A stretch of DNA of 63,212 nucleotides, counting the filler. It is 10 parts of 10 records of this genome, joined end to end, with 100 filler letters (N's around TTAATTAATTAA, not from the genome) between each part and the next. Parts side by side here need not be neighbours in the genome. Positions count along the whole stretch, not along the records: positions 8,829 to 15,390 come from SRR31156797_47990; positions 15,491 to 21,035 come from SRR31156797_48017; 8 more parts are not named here. One strand, given 5' to 3'. Positions 8,946-18,239 of this stretch are shown in pieces (positions within the stretch are counted from its first letter, which is position 1; each line of letters begins with the position of its first letter). The notes under the pieces were generated by a model. The model was given only the letters and a program-made list of their open reading frames with translations. It was not told where the DNA came from and searched no databases. Both the position numbers and the translations under genes were made by a program.

Positions 8946-9785
8946 GTGATATCCATTGGGTTTGCCATGGCGGCCTGCATGGGCTGGGGGATTGCCGATT
9001 TTATTGGCGGTCTCAAAAGCCGGGATGTGCCGACCCTGACCGTAATAGTCTTATCGAATGGAGTGGGTTTGTGCGTTCTCGGTTCAATCCTGGCAAGCTC
9101 GGGCAGACCGTTTATGGATGATCCGAATCTTATCTGGGCCATTCCGGCAGGACTTCTGGGAATTGGCGCCATGTATTTGTTGTATCGGAGCCTGGCCATA
9201 GGCGTCATGTCAATTCTTGCGCCAGTCAGCTCCGCCGGCGTGATACTGCCGGTGATCTGGGGCATTTATTGCGGAGAAACTCTGCACGCCCTGACAATGA
9301 CCGGGATCCTCGCTGCCTTTCTGGGGATCATTCTGGCAACCATCGAACCAGGCAAAAAAAAGGGGCAAATCAAATGGACCAAAGGGCTTTTCCATGCCCT
9401 GGGAGCTGCGGTATGCACCGGACTTTATTTCATCCTCATTGACAACGCCTCCCAAAACGACCCATTCTGGGCTTCCATGATTTTGCGGATTTCCACCTTT
9501 ATTTTTCTTATTCCCTTGATTCTGATTGTCCGGTCTCCTGTAAAAATCCGAAAAAATCATCTGCCCTTGATTATCCTGATGGGCGTCATGGACGCGCTGG
9601 CGTCTTTTTCCTTCGCCCTGGCTTCAAATTCAGGCCTGCTCAGTATTGCAGCGGTTGTCAGCAGCCTTTACCCGGCAGTCACTATAGTGCTGAGCGGAAT
9701 CATCATCAAAGAGAAAATGAATAAGGTCCAGTCTTCCGGCGTCATGCTGGCCATTATAGGAGTGATGTTGATTTCAGGATTTTGA
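8946..9785 (+). CDS. EamA/DMT family transporter
   Basis: About 10 hydrophobic segments, WGIADFIGG, GVMSILAPVSS, SSLYPAVT..LS...IKEK; AAGGAG RBS. Confidence 0.9.
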   Translation: MISIGFAMAACMGWGIADFIGGLKSRDVPTLTVIVLSNGVGLCVLGSILASSGRPFMDDPNLIWAIPAGLLGIGAMYLLYRSLAIGVMSILAPVSSAGVILPVIWGIYCGETLHALTMTGILAAFLGIILATIEPGKKKGQIKWTKGLFHALGAAVCTGLYFILIDNASQNDPFWASMILRISTFIFLIPLILIVRSPVKIRKNHLPLIILMGVMDALASFSFALASNSGLLSIAAVVSSLYPAVTIVLSGIIIKEKMNKVQSSGVMLAIIGVMLISGF

Positions 9786-9901
9786 TATTGATTAAAATCC
9801 TGATTTAAAGCTGTAATTTTGGGATATAACTATCAACGTAAATTACAAAAACAGCATCAAGAGTCAAGAGCAGACTTGACCCCACACCCCCCATACCGTC
9901 A

Positions 9902-11110
9902 TTACCAGTTCCACATGGAGCCGTCTTCCAAACGGTTAACAGGTAGAAACGCCCTTTGGTACGGGTATTTTGCCGCCAGCTTTTCATCAATATCCACGCC
10001 GTGCCCCGGTTTTTCACCGGGATGCAGGCAACCATCCTTAAAAGAATATTCATGAGGAAAAACAGCATTCGTTTCAGGCGTATGGCGCATGTATTCCTGA
10101 ATTCCAAAATTCGGGACCCAGATATTGAAATGCAATGAAGCGCCCATGCATACCGGGGAAAGGTCGGTCGCCCCGTGACAGCCGGTCCTGGCCTGATATA
10201 AAGAAGCCAGGTCGGCAATGCGTCTCAGGTGGGTTATTCCTCCGGCATGGACAACCGTTGTCCGAATGTAATCTATAAGTTGTTCCTGGATGAGATCCTT
10301 GCAGTCCCAAATCGTGTTGAAGACTTCCCCAACGGCCAAGGGGGTTACGGTATGTTGTCTTATAAGCCTGAAGCCTTCCTGGTTTTCGGCCGGAGTTGGA
10401 TCTTCGAGCCAGAAAAGCCGATATGGTTCAAGGGACTTTCCGAGCCTGGCCGCCTCGATGGGTGTAAGGCGGTGGTGAACGTCATGGAGAAGATGGGGGT
10501 CGAATCCGAATTTTTCCCTTAATCTTTCGAATAATTTCGGCGTATGATCCAGGTATTTTTCCGTGGCCCAGATGTTTTCCGTGGGCAGATCCCCGTCAGC
10601 GGGTTCGTAAAACATCTTGTCGCCTGAAACCCCATAGGTTGACGGCAGCCCAGGTATGCCGCACTGAGCCCTGATGGCCTTATAGCCCATGTCGATATAT
10701 TTTGCGACCTGATCGACCGTCTCCTCGACATCCTGGCCGTTGGCGTGGCCGTAGACCATGACTCCGGTCCGGCTTCGACCTCCTAAAAGCTGGTACAGGG
10801 GCAGGCAGGCCGCCTTGGCCTTTATGTCCCAGAGAGCCGTATCAACAGCGGATAAGGCGCACATGGTTACGGGGCCTCTCCGCCAGTAGCAGCCGCGGTA
10901 AAGGTATTGCCAGATATCTTCAATCTGATGGGCGTCCCGTCCTATAAGGCAGGGTGCGACGTGGTCTTTCAGGTACGATACAACGGCCATTTCACGGCCA
11001 TTGAGCGTGGCGTCGCCCAGTCCGTATATGCCTTCATCCGTCATGATCTTGAGAGTGATGAAATTGCGCCCCGGACAACTGACTATCACCCTGGCTTCAA
11101 CGATCTTCAT
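9902..11110 (-). CDS. manD: D-mannonate dehydratase, enolase superfamily (ManD/RspA family)
   Basis: [67 protein letters not shown]. Confidence 0.92.
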   Translation of the reverse strand: MKIVEARVIVSCPGRNFITLKIMTDEGIYGLGDATLNGREMAVVSYLKDHVAPCLIGRDAHQIEDIWQYLYRGCYWRRGPVTMCALSAVDTALWDIKAKAACLPLYQLLGGRSRTGVMVYGHANGQDVEETVDQVAKYIDMGYKAIRAQCGIPGLPSTYGVSGDKMFYEPADGDLPTENIWATEKYLDHTPKLFERLREKFGFDPHLLHDVHHRLTPIEAARLGKSLEPYRLFWLEDPTPAENQEGFRLIRQHTVTPLAVGEVFNTIWDCKDLIQEQLIDYIRTTVVHAGGITHLRRIADLASLYQARTGCHGATDLSPVCMGASLHFNIWVPNFGIQEYMRHTPETNAVFPHEYSFKDGCLHPGEKPGHGVDIDEKLAAKYPYQRAFLPVNRLEDGSMWNW

Positions 11111-11148
11111 TATTCCTCCACTCGGGCCAAGCCTGTTAAACTTAACCC

Positions 11149-11964
11149 TTAAATGTTGTGAACCAGATAGCCTCCGTCAACGGGAATGGAAACTCCGGTC
11201 ATAAATCCTGAAGCCTTGGAACTGGCCAGCAGCAGCACGGCGCCCATTAGTTCGTCCACTTCTCCAAACCTTCCAAAAGGCGTATGGGCTATGACGGCCC
11301 GGCCCCTATCAGTGTATTCACCTGTCTTTTCGTCAATCAGGAGGGCCTTGTTTTGTTTACCGATAAAAAATCCCGGGGCGACGGCGTTAACCCGAATCCC
11401 GTGAGGCGCCAGTTCATTGGCCGTTGCCATTGTCAGGTTGAGCACTCCTGCCTTGGCCGCGTCATAGCCCCAGACTCCAGACAAAGGATTGTAGGAAGTC
11501 ATGGAAGTAAGATTGATGATCGTTCCCTTGATTTTGCGTTCAATCCAGTATCTGGCCGCGGCCTTGGTCGGGGTCATCAGGCCGGCAGTGAGGTTCAGAC
11601 TGAGTATTTTTTCAAACAACACCATATCGGTATCAACCAGAGGCGACTTGCCCATGTTCCCGCCCACGGCGTTTACAAGGATTTCCGGCGGGCTGAAGAG
11701 TTCCTCGGAAGTCTTCAGGGCCTTCTCGATTTCGGATTCCGAACCCGCATCCACCTGGAGGCCTTTGAGGCGATCAGAGGAGGGATCGCTGCCGCCCAGC
11801 TTGGTCAGGGCCGCTTCGATGGATTCCGCGGTTCGGCTCCAGATGACGACATTGGCCCCGGCTTTAAGCAGCGCCTCCGACAGGGCCGTGCCGATTACCC
11901 CCGCCCCGCCGGCAACAATGGCCGTCTTTCCGGTCAGGCCGAACATTTCCTCCAAAAAGGTCAT
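11149..11964 (-). CDS. SDR oxidoreductase, probable fructuronate reductase/D-mannonate oxidoreductase
   Basis: [39 protein letters not shown]; lies between uxaE and manD. Confidence 0.8.
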   Translation of the reverse strand: MTFLEEMFGLTGKTAIVAGGAGVIGTALSEALLKAGANVVIWSRTAESIEAALTKLGGSDPSSDRLKGLQVDAGSESEIEKALKTSEELFSPPEILVNAVGGNMGKSPLVDTDMVLFEKILSLNLTAGLMTPTKAAARYWIERKIKGTIINLTSMTSYNPLSGVWGYDAAKAGVLNLTMATANELAPHGIRVNAVAPGFFIGKQNKALLIDEKTGEYTDRGRAVIAHTPFGRFGEVDELMGAVLLLASSKASGFMTGVSIPVDGGYLVHNI

Positions 11965-13538
11965 TATGTTCCCCTTTCCAATCGATTTTGGGTTAACAAG
12001 CCGAAATGCCGATCGAAATGCGACTCAATCGTGCGCGTGTAATCTTCTTCATTGTCAGTCAGAGCCTTGAATAACGGCTCTTTTAGTTCCGTGTTGTTGA
12101 GCACGGAACCATACGTAACGTGCAGGACTTCCCGTGCATGAAAATCCTCGAGCAATTCAGGCAGGGCCTCGTCACGAAAGCCTTTATAATCCGGAATCAG
12201 GGAAGTCTCGGCCGAAACGTGATACGAAGCCCGGTCCTTTGGATAACGTTCGATGGCGAAGCCCAGTATCCGCCTGAAAAGATCGGGATCAAACCTGGAG
12301 ATGCATCTCAAAGCTTCCAGGTAGCTTGTGCCGGCTGTTTTCAAGTGAATCAACCCCCTGGTCAACCGTGCGGCCGCCGGGTAGATGCTGAATTTATCCG
12401 ACCCGGAATGAAGGCTTAATTTGTATGGGCCCAAGGCCCGCGCCGCGGTCGCGTGGAGGGCGAAATATTCTTCGAATTTTTTAATATCGCCGATATAATC
12501 CACGCCTTTTTCGAAATCGCCCAAATACCTGGGCGCCAGGCTGACCAATCTTATTCCGAGCCGTTGGAGCTCAACGGCCAGGTAAACATGTTCGGCCAGG
12601 CTGGTAACAGAATCGGTCTCGTCGACGCTCATTTCAAATTCAAAAACACGATCACCCATGATACCGGCCAGGTGACGGTACATCCGGGTAGTGTGAGCGA
12701 CCGCCCGTCCGTATTTGACCGCCGCCCGGATTAATTCCTCCCTGGATAAAACTATATTGAAATTCCCGATGTCAAATGGTTTGTCAACCATTGAGCTAAT
12801 CAGATCATCCGGTGAAGCTTCCAGTTCGGTCCAAGGCAATTCCTCGAATTTTCCTTTCAATGTTTCCGGCGAATCCACGTCGGCTTCAGAATCCAAATGA
12901 ATCCCCGGATCAATAGTAAAGAAAGTGTAACCGGCCTTGGCAAAGGAATCGATATCATCGGTAGTCTTGAGGTGATCCGCATCGGCGCCGAAGTCTTTAG
13001 TCAATCCTTCCTGAAACACGCCCCAAACTGCGTCGTCCATCACCTCGCCGGGTGTACGGCCGGTACGCTCGTTTTCTCTCACCGACTGTTGAGGCAGAAT
13101 CGGCGCAATATCGGTTTTTCTTATCGACCGGATATGGCCGGGTGTGGCCAGCCCCAATCTATCTCCACAGCCTGCCGATTTTTTCAGCCCCAACACCTGT
13201 GGATTAAGGTGCGGCAACACCGACTTCAGAGCGGCAAGGTTGGATTTCGAGCACGGGCCGACCAGAACATGGATCTTTGTTCCATCCCAAACAGGCGTCT
13301 CATGTTTGCCCTCGAAACGTTCGCCTGCCTCGGCCCTGGTAGAAACGACGGCCATGTTTTTTTCACCCCGGCTTCGTCCCATGAAATACAATGCTCCCAG
13401 CGCCCGGACAAGGGACTGAGGCATGACTTCCATGCCGGTCATGTTATTCAGAACATTAGCTGCCAGACCGGCGGCTTCCCTTTTGTCCAGGGCCTGGACA
13501 GGGGCATCCGACAAAAAACAATTATTGAGGGTAGTCAT
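11964..13538 (-). CDS. uxaE: Tagaturonate/fructuronate epimerase UxaE
   Basis: GDRLGLATPGH, QQSVRE, FGADADHLK, FEMSVDET, FEKGVDY, KLSLHSGSDKFSIYP, HLKTAGTSYLEALR, LHVTYGSVL. Confidence 0.92.
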   Translation of the reverse strand: MTTLNNCFLSDAPVQALDKREAAGLAANVLNNMTGMEVMPQSLVRALGALYFMGRSRGEKNMAVVSTRAEAGERFEGKHETPVWDGTKIHVLVGPCSKSNLAALKSVLPHLNPQVLGLKKSAGCGDRLGLATPGHIRSIRKTDIAPILPQQSVRENERTGRTPGEVMDDAVWGVFQEGLTKDFGADADHLKTTDDIDSFAKAGYTFFTIDPGIHLDSEADVDSPETLKGKFEELPWTELEASPDDLISSMVDKPFDIGNFNIVLSREELIRAAVKYGRAVAHTTRMYRHLAGIMGDRVFEFEMSVDETDSVTSLAEHVYLAVELQRLGIRLVSLAPRYLGDFEKGVDYIGDIKKFEEYFALHATAARALGPYKLSLHSGSDKFSIYPAAARLTRGLIHLKTAGTSYLEALRCISRFDPDLFRRILGFAIERYPKDRASYHVSAETSLIPDYKGFRDEALPELLEDFHAREVLHVTYGSVLNNTELKEPLFKALTDNEEDYTRTIESHFDRHFGLLTQNRLERGT

Positions 13539-13669
13539 ATCCAGACTCCCGACCGATCCAATCGGTCAACTCGCATTTTATCTTCATTGCGTCCGGCAAA
13601 GTCTCAAAGCGTTTATTACGACGCAAAGTCGAAGCGCACCATTTTAGTCATGATTTCATTACTCAATTG

Positions 13670-14956
13670 CTATTGCAGCAGCTTTGGCAAAGTCATGCTG
13701 ATGCCCGGCAGGTATGTCACCAGTATCAGAGCAACCAGCATGGCCAAATAAAACGGCCAAATTGTTCTGACCGTTTCTTCGATCTTGGTCTTACTTACCG
13801 CACACCCCACATATAGAACTGATCCAACCGGCGGCGTCACCAGGCCTATGCCCAGGTTGATCATCATGATGATGCCGAACTGGACCGGATCCATGCCGAT
13901 TCCCTTGACAATCGGTAAAAATATGGGAGTGCAGATGATGATCAGCGGAGACATGTCCATAAATGTGCCCAGAAAAAGCAGGATGACGTTGATCAGCATT
14001 AAAATGACGTATGGCTTGTCGGATATGGTTTGAAGCAGTGTGAAAAGCTTTGCCGGAACCTGGTGCAGGGCCAGCAGCCAACCGAAGGAAGCCGCGGTGC
14101 CTATTATTAGCAACACCATTGACGTGGTTCGAACCGAATTAATGGTTGCTCGGATAAACACTTTTCGATCCAGGGTTCTGTAAAAAAAGAGCGTCACCAG
14201 TATGGCCCAGATCACGGCTATGGCCGCGGATTCGGTAGCAGTAAAAATTCCGCTGAGCACGCCGCCGACAATTATAATAGCCGTTAACAACCCTGGAAAA
14301 GCCGAAGCAAAGGACAGAATCAACGCTCGCCATCCCGGGAATTGTTCTTTCGGGTAGTGTCTTTTCACTGCCACGACATAGGCAGCGCCCATAAGCGAGA
14401 AACCCAACAGCATGCCCGGGAAGACTCCGGCCAGAAACAAGGACGAAACAGAAACAGTCCCACCCGCGGCAATTGAGTATATAATCATATTATGGCTGGG
14501 GGGAATGACCAGGCCCGCGGTTGCTGATGTCACGGTGACATTAACCGAATAATCGGCGTCATACCCTTTTTCCCGCATCATGGGGATCAAAGTGGAGCCC
14601 AAAGCGGAAGCGTCGGCCACGGCTGAACCTGAAATGCCGCCAAACAGCATGCTGGCCAGTACGTTCACCAGACCCAGTCCACCCCGAACGTGACCGATCA
14701 TGGCGTTGGCCAGGCGAACCAGACGGTCGGATATACCGCCCTGCTGCATTAATTCTCCAGCGTAAATAAAAAACGGAATAGCCATCAGGGCGAAGACGTT
14801 CATCCCCGAAGCCATTCTTTGAAAAACCACCATGGGCGGCAAGCCCATGTACAAAATGGTCGCCATGGATGAAGCCGCCAGAGTGAAGGCAATAGGCATG
14901 CCCATGAGCATTAATACCAGGAAGATTCCGAAAAGGATTACTAACTCCATGAGCAC
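13670..14956 (-). CDS. dctM: TRAP transporter large permease DctM
   Basis: AIPFFIYAGELM, FGGISGSAVADA, IPPSHNMIIY, TATESA, GLVTPPVG. Confidence 0.93.
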   Translation of the reverse strand: MLMELVILFGIFLVLMLMGMPIAFTLAASSMATILYMGLPPMVVFQRMASGMNVFALMAIPFFIYAGELMQQGGISDRLVRLANAMIGHVRGGLGLVNVLASMLFGGISGSAVADASALGSTLIPMMREKGYDADYSVNVTVTSATAGLVIPPSHNMIIYSIAAGGTVSVSSLFLAGVFPGMLLGFSLMGAAYVVAVKRHYPKEQFPGWRALILSFASAFPGLLTAIIIVGGVLSGIFTATESAAIAVIWAILVTLFFYRTLDRKVFIRATINSVRTTSMVLLIIGTAASFGWLLALHQVPAKLFTLLQTISDKPYVILMLINVILLFLGTFMDMSPLIIICTPIFLPIVKGIGMDPVQFGIIMMINLGIGLVTPPVGSVLYVGCAVSKTKIEETVRTIWPFYLAMLVALILVTYLPGISMTLPKLLQ

Positions 14957-15390
14957 TCCACTTCCGAGCCGGCCAGCGTGTTTAATACGTGTTCAAGTGA
15001 AAACAGGATGATCAACACTCCGGTCATGGGAAACGGCAAATAACTGATGCCGGTGGACAGGCCCAAAGTGGGTATGACGTGGGTCCAGGTCGATTTGGCC
15101 ATGGCGGCGCCGTAATAAACCATTGTGCATCCAAATGCGCAGATCATCAGGTTAACTATGATAATCATCACTTTCTTCATTTTCGCAGGGACCAGGTCCT
15201 GGATGAAAGTCAGGCCCAGGTGGCCCTTGTCACGGACTCCGGCGGCTGCGGCAAAAAGAATGTAGTAGGTCATCAACAGCAGGGACAGACGTTCCGACCA
15301 GTGCGGAGTGTCATTTAAAACGTACCGGGCAAAAACCTGCCAACCGGTAATGACAGTCATGATAAAAAGCCCGGCCGCGCTGAACCAAAG
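14941..15390 (-). CDS. dctQ: TRAP transporter small permease DctQ (5' truncated)
   Basis: WQVFARYVLNDTPHWSERLS, hydrophobic segments, adjacent to dctM. Confidence 0.88.
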   Translation of the reverse strand, partial: LWFSAAGLFIMTVITGWQVFARYVLNDTPHWSERLSLLLMTYYILFAAAAGVRDKGHLGLTFIQDLVPAKMKKVMIIIVNLMICAFGCTMVYYGAAMAKSTWTHVIPTLGLSTGISYLPFPMTGVLIILFSLEHVLNTLAGSEVECSWS

Positions 15391-15491
15391 NNNNNNNNNN
15401 NNNNNNNNNNNNNNNNNNNNNNNNNNNNNNNNNNTTAATTAATTAANNNNNNNNNNNNNNNNNNNNNNNNNNNNNNNNNNNNNNNNNNNNT

Positions 15492-16316
15492 GGAACAGTT
15501 GAGTTTTCAGTATTAGACAGTGCTGTTCATGGAACTCTAAGCGGTATACCAAGTGATTTACTTTACTCCCCCGATACAAATTATTTTGGGAATGATTCAA
15601 TCCATTTTCTCATTACCGATAATGTAGATGCAAAAGATACCGGTTCAATAGTTATCACGGTCACCCCGGTTAACGATGCACCGCTGGCTACTTTCACGGA
15701 AACAAACATAAATAAAGATGAAATAAATTCAATAACACTTACTGCATCAGCCGGTGCGGCAAATGAAAGTGACCAGGCTTTAGAATACATTCTAAGAACC
15801 CTACCAGAAACCGGAAATCTTTACGAAACAGAAAATGGAGAGGTGATATTACAAGATGTACTACCACTCAAATTATCAGATCCACTAATTTATTATACTT
15901 CAGCAATAAGCTTTGACAGTACGTCATTTATTTATAATGTTCAAGATAATGGAGGTAGGGATTTTTCCGGAGTCGATACCTCTTTGCACAGAGAAGTAAT
16001 GATCTATATGAATAAAACTCCCATTTCAATTTTACCTGATCAATTTACGCTTAAACAAAATTATCCCAATCCTTTTAATCCCTCTACAAAGATCGAATAC
16101 AGCTTGCCCATATCAGCCAATGTAAAATTGAGCATTTTCAATATCTATGGTCATAAAATTAAAGAGTGGTCTATTACCGATAAACGACCCGGATGGTACG
16201 AAGTGATCTGGGATGGAACAGATATTAATGGAAATATTGTTCCTACCGGAGTATATATTTATTCATTAAGATCAGGAGACCTTTTGAAAACCTTGAAGAT
16301 GATATTAATAAAGTAA
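15492..16316 (+). CDS. Secreted Ig-like (Big_9/tandem-95) protein with FlgD-Ig/T9SS-type C-terminal domain (5' truncated)
   Basis: Frame open from the contig edge: HGTLSG..LLYSPDTNYFGNDS...ITVTPVNDAP, ending in LKQNYPNPFNPST...WDGTD..G..VPTGVYIY...KMILIK. Confidence 0.85.
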   Translation, partial: GTVEFSVLDSAVHGTLSGIPSDLLYSPDTNYFGNDSIHFLITDNVDAKDTGSIVITVTPVNDAPLATFTETNINKDEINSITLTASAGAANESDQALEYILRTLPETGNLYETENGEVILQDVLPLKLSDPLIYYTSAISFDSTSFIYNVQDNGGRDFSGVDTSLHREVMIYMNKTPISILPDQFTLKQNYPNPFNPSTKIEYSLPISANVKLSIFNIYGHKIKEWSITDKRPGWYEVIWDGTDINGNIVPTGVYIYSLRSGDLLKTLKMILIK

Positions 16317-16423
16317 TGTTATCCCGGATTTTGTCGCTGAAACCTTATCCGGAACTCATTTTTAAACAAGGGACTGATATATCCATCCCTTACATCTGTT
16401 GCGAACTTATTACAGGTCTCTAG

Positions 16424-16525
16424 TTACACGTCTCCCGTTACTATATCCAGTACAATACCAGGCTTCAACAACCTCGAAATCGGGCAAGCAACTTTTGCAT
16501 TCCCGGCGATTTGATCAATATCATG
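16424..16525 (-). pseudogene. OsmC/Ohr-like C-terminal remnant
   Basis: Hand translation HDIDQIAGNAKVACPISRLLKPGIVLDIVTGDV*, with no start codon and an in-frame TAG upstream. Confidence 0.5.
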
Positions 16526-16554
16526 CTATGTATTTATTAAGGATCTAATAATAC

Positions 16555-17793
16555 TTAATTGACAGGAAGCGAAAAGTAGAAAGCGCTTCCCTCGCCTTCC
16601 TTACTCTGCACCTGGAGTTTCCCGCCAAGCTTTTCTGCATAGGCTTTGGCGATCGATAATCCCAGTCCACTTCCCTCATACCCGCGACTATTGCTCAGAT
16701 CAGCTTGAGTGAATCGATCGAATATCGCTTCGATCTTATCTTCCGGAATACCTAAGCCCGTATCCTTCACAAAAAATACGATATTCCCGCCCTCAAGCTT
16801 CGTTCCGAATTCGACCATTCCCTGTTCTGTGAATTTTAACGCGTTCTTTATCAGATTTGTTAGAATTCCTTCAAGCTTGAATTTATCTGTTTGTATACGA
16901 ATATTTTTTGATTTTTCAGATTCGGAACAGATAATTTCAATACCTTTATCATTCGCTTCCCGAACAAAAAGTTCATACAAATACTTTAAGCTTTTACTTA
17001 CATCGGTTTCAACGATTTCCGTATGGATCTTCCCTGCTTCTATCTTCGATATTTCAAGAATATCATCAATTGTATTAAGAAGCCGCTGACTGCTTTTATT
17101 TACTATAGATATGTATTCATTCCTTTTTTCTTCATTTATTTCCCGTCCGCTGTGAAGTAGGTTTACAAATCCAATAATACCGTTCATGGGAGTGCGGATC
17201 TCGTGACTCATGTTTGTCAGGAAATGCGTCTTTAAACGGTCGCTTTCCTCTGCATTTTCCTTTGCTCTTACCAGTTCCTTTTCCACTTTAATACGTTTAT
17301 TGATCTCAGTTTCGAGAGACCTGACGGTTTCTGTCAATTCAAGTGTGCGTTCCTGAACTTTATTTTCAAGCCCATCATGTGCTTTCTTTAATGCAAGGTT
17401 AGCCCTATAACGTTCAAGGGCATAACGTATGGAACGACATATCAATTCACCGTCAATTTTTCCTTTAATAAGATAATCCTGCGCCCCTCGTTTTACAGCT
17501 TCAAGACCGTATTCTTCATCATTCAAACCTGTCATAACAATGATAGCAGGTATCTCTAAGGCCTTGGATAATAATATCTCAAGTGTTTCCAAACCGGAAC
17601 TTTCGGACAGTCCCAGATCAAGAAGAACGATATCTATATCGCCTTTTTTTATTCGCTGAACACCCTCACTCAGATCTTCAAGATGTTCATATTCATAATA
17701 CAGTTCTTCACATTCTTTCAACATCTCTTTGATCAGGCGGGCGTCCCCGGGGTTATCCTCGATCTGTAAAATTTTAATGATATCTTCGTTCAT
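16555..17793 (-). CDS. Hybrid response regulator-histidine kinase (REC-HisKA-HATPase)
   Basis: EDNPGD..LLDLGL receiver, FLTNMSHEIRTPMNG, NLIKNALKFT, DTGLGI, GSGLGL; ATGA overlap with the upstream gene gives the start at 17793. Confidence 0.92.
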   Translation of the reverse strand: MNEDIIKILQIEDNPGDARLIKEMLKECEELYYEYEHLEDLSEGVQRIKKGDIDIVLLDLGLSESSGLETLEILLSKALEIPAIIVMTGLNDEEYGLEAVKRGAQDYLIKGKIDGELICRSIRYALERYRANLALKKAHDGLENKVQERTLELTETVRSLETEINKRIKVEKELVRAKENAEESDRLKTHFLTNMSHEIRTPMNGIIGFVNLLHSGREINEEKRNEYISIVNKSSQRLLNTIDDILEISKIEAGKIHTEIVETDVSKSLKYLYELFVREANDKGIEIICSESEKSKNIRIQTDKFKLEGILTNLIKNALKFTEQGMVEFGTKLEGGNIVFFVKDTGLGIPEDKIEAIFDRFTQADLSNSRGYEGSGLGLSIAKAYAEKLGGKLQVQSKEGEGSAFYFSLPVN

Positions 17794-18239
17794 AATTTTA
17801 TGGGTAGTTTTACGATCGTAAGCCAAAATTCCTCTATTGATTCAATTACCCTGATAAACTGATCAAAATCAACCGGTTTGGTAATATAGCAGTTCGCATT
17901 TAGATTATATGCCCTTAAGATATCTTCGTCAGCATTTGAAGTAGTCAGGACCACGACCGGAATACTCTTTAAATTATCATCTGTTTTTATGACCTTCAAT
18001 ACTTCACGACCGTCCATTTTTGGTAAATTGAGATCTAATAGGATCAAATCCGGCCTTGGCGCCTTAACATATTCACCACCTTGATTCAAAAACTCAATAG
18101 CTTGTTCACCGTCTTCGACAATACTCAGGTTGTTTCTTATTTTCCCATCTTTCAAAGCTTCTCGCGTCAACCTTTGATCACCCGGACTATCCTCAACAAG
18201 CAGTATTTCAATGGGTTTCATATTTTGATTTGATTTCAT
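17790..18239 (-). CDS. Rcp1-like single-domain response regulator
   Basis: ILLVEDSPGD, PDLILLDLNLPKMDG, VVLTTS, ANCYITKPVDF, FWLTIVKLP. Confidence 0.93.
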   Translation of the reverse strand: MKSNQNMKPIEILLVEDSPGDQRLTREALKDGKIRNNLSIVEDGEQAIEFLNQGGEYVKAPRPDLILLDLNLPKMDGREVLKVIKTDDNLKSIPVVVLTTSNADEDILRAYNLNANCYITKPVDFDQFIRVIESIEEFWLTIVKLPIKL

